From contig NMRA01000216.1 of assembly GCA_002633005.1 (NCBI GenBank), positions 592,441 to 656,440 of the forward strand: 64,000 bases of DNA, read 5' to 3'. Of this stretch, positions 63,197 to 64,000 are shown one piece after another. The position numbers were made by a program, and so were the translations under genes. Every line of letters starts with the position of its first letter. Position 1 is the first letter of the stretch. A model generated the notes under the pieces. That model was not told the origin of the DNA, made no database searches, and saw nothing but the letters and a program-made list of their open reading frames with translations. The stretch comes from Phoronis australis. Lineage: Eukaryota; Animalia; Phoronida.

Positions 63197-64000
63197 GTAA
63201 GGACACGTCAGTCATTAGAGATGATGTTGTTGAGGGATGTGAAAGGCAATCATGACTTATTGGAGGACATGTCTTGTATTTTAGTCATTATGTAGGGATG
63301 CGAATTGTTAACAGAAAAGTTGTGCTAAGTTTGAGCAATGTTTGAATGTGTCATTGGAGACTAGATGTGTCGCATGTTGAATGATGGTATTACATTAGAA
63401 CCCATGTCATAGGGGATTTGTTGTAAATGGTGTACACACACTCTGCGTGTGTAGAAAGATGATCTGTTCTGTTGCAATGTTCTTGAAAGCCAACTGATTT
63501 TCTTGAAATTTTTTATGGTTTTCTTTTGATGAGCAGATGACACTTAAAAAGGTACTTTAATATGACTTTAGGCTAGACTTAGCTACTGATGTATAGCTTC
63601 AGTATAATAGCTCTTAGCATTTAGCATAGATGTGACACCTTCAGAAATGCGTAGACAAAATCTGTGTTAAACATGTGATCACAGACTGCAAAGTACAGAG
63701 CATCAGTGCCGAGGAATTGTGAAATGGTGTTGATTATTCTATTTTTGCTGTGCAACAGTCGAGGGCTACGCGCTTACTGTGGTACAAAGAAGGGCGCATT
63801 TTGAAGGTAGAACTGCTGCACTGCGTATCACACTAGCTTGGAGGAATTTGCATGTTGACTGCTGAGTTTCATTCTAAGGAATTGCCACTCTGCACTTTAT
63901 AAGTTGAAGCACGTTTTATTTGAATTGTTTGGATATGAGGACAATTTGGCGTGTTGATTCACTCAATTTTGATAGTTGTGACGTGTCATTAATGTAGTAA

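Overview
AT-rich, intron-containing eukaryotic DNA, most likely a marine invertebrate (inferred from gene content and repeat types). It is not prokaryotic, and most entries in the ORF track are exon fragments or noise. Four spliced genes can be rebuilt by hand from the splice sites and reading-frame phase, arranged as two head-to-head pairs. (1) NUDT8-like CoA Nudix hydrolase: minus strand, 4 coding exons, about 257 aa. (2) SPRYD3-related gene: plus strand, 15 exons, about 859 aa, internally duplicated to four SPRY-like modules and ending in a CaaX motif (CVIL). (3) ENPP4/5-like ectonucleotide pyrophosphatase: minus strand, 4 coding exons, about 491 aa. (4) Adenylate kinase 9 (AK9): plus strand, running off the window end, with many symmetric acidic cassette exons and microexons. 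Two tandem duplications inside AK9 meet at single N bases and are probably uncollapsed haplotypes. Introns and intergenic DNA hold several MITE families (TTAA/Kolobok-type, TA/Tc1-mariner-type, hAT-type, Harbinger-type, a palindromic family), a truncated RTE LINE, a tRNA-derived SINE head and a double-hairpin 43-bp minisatellite. Family assignments come from motif recognition only; no database search was run.
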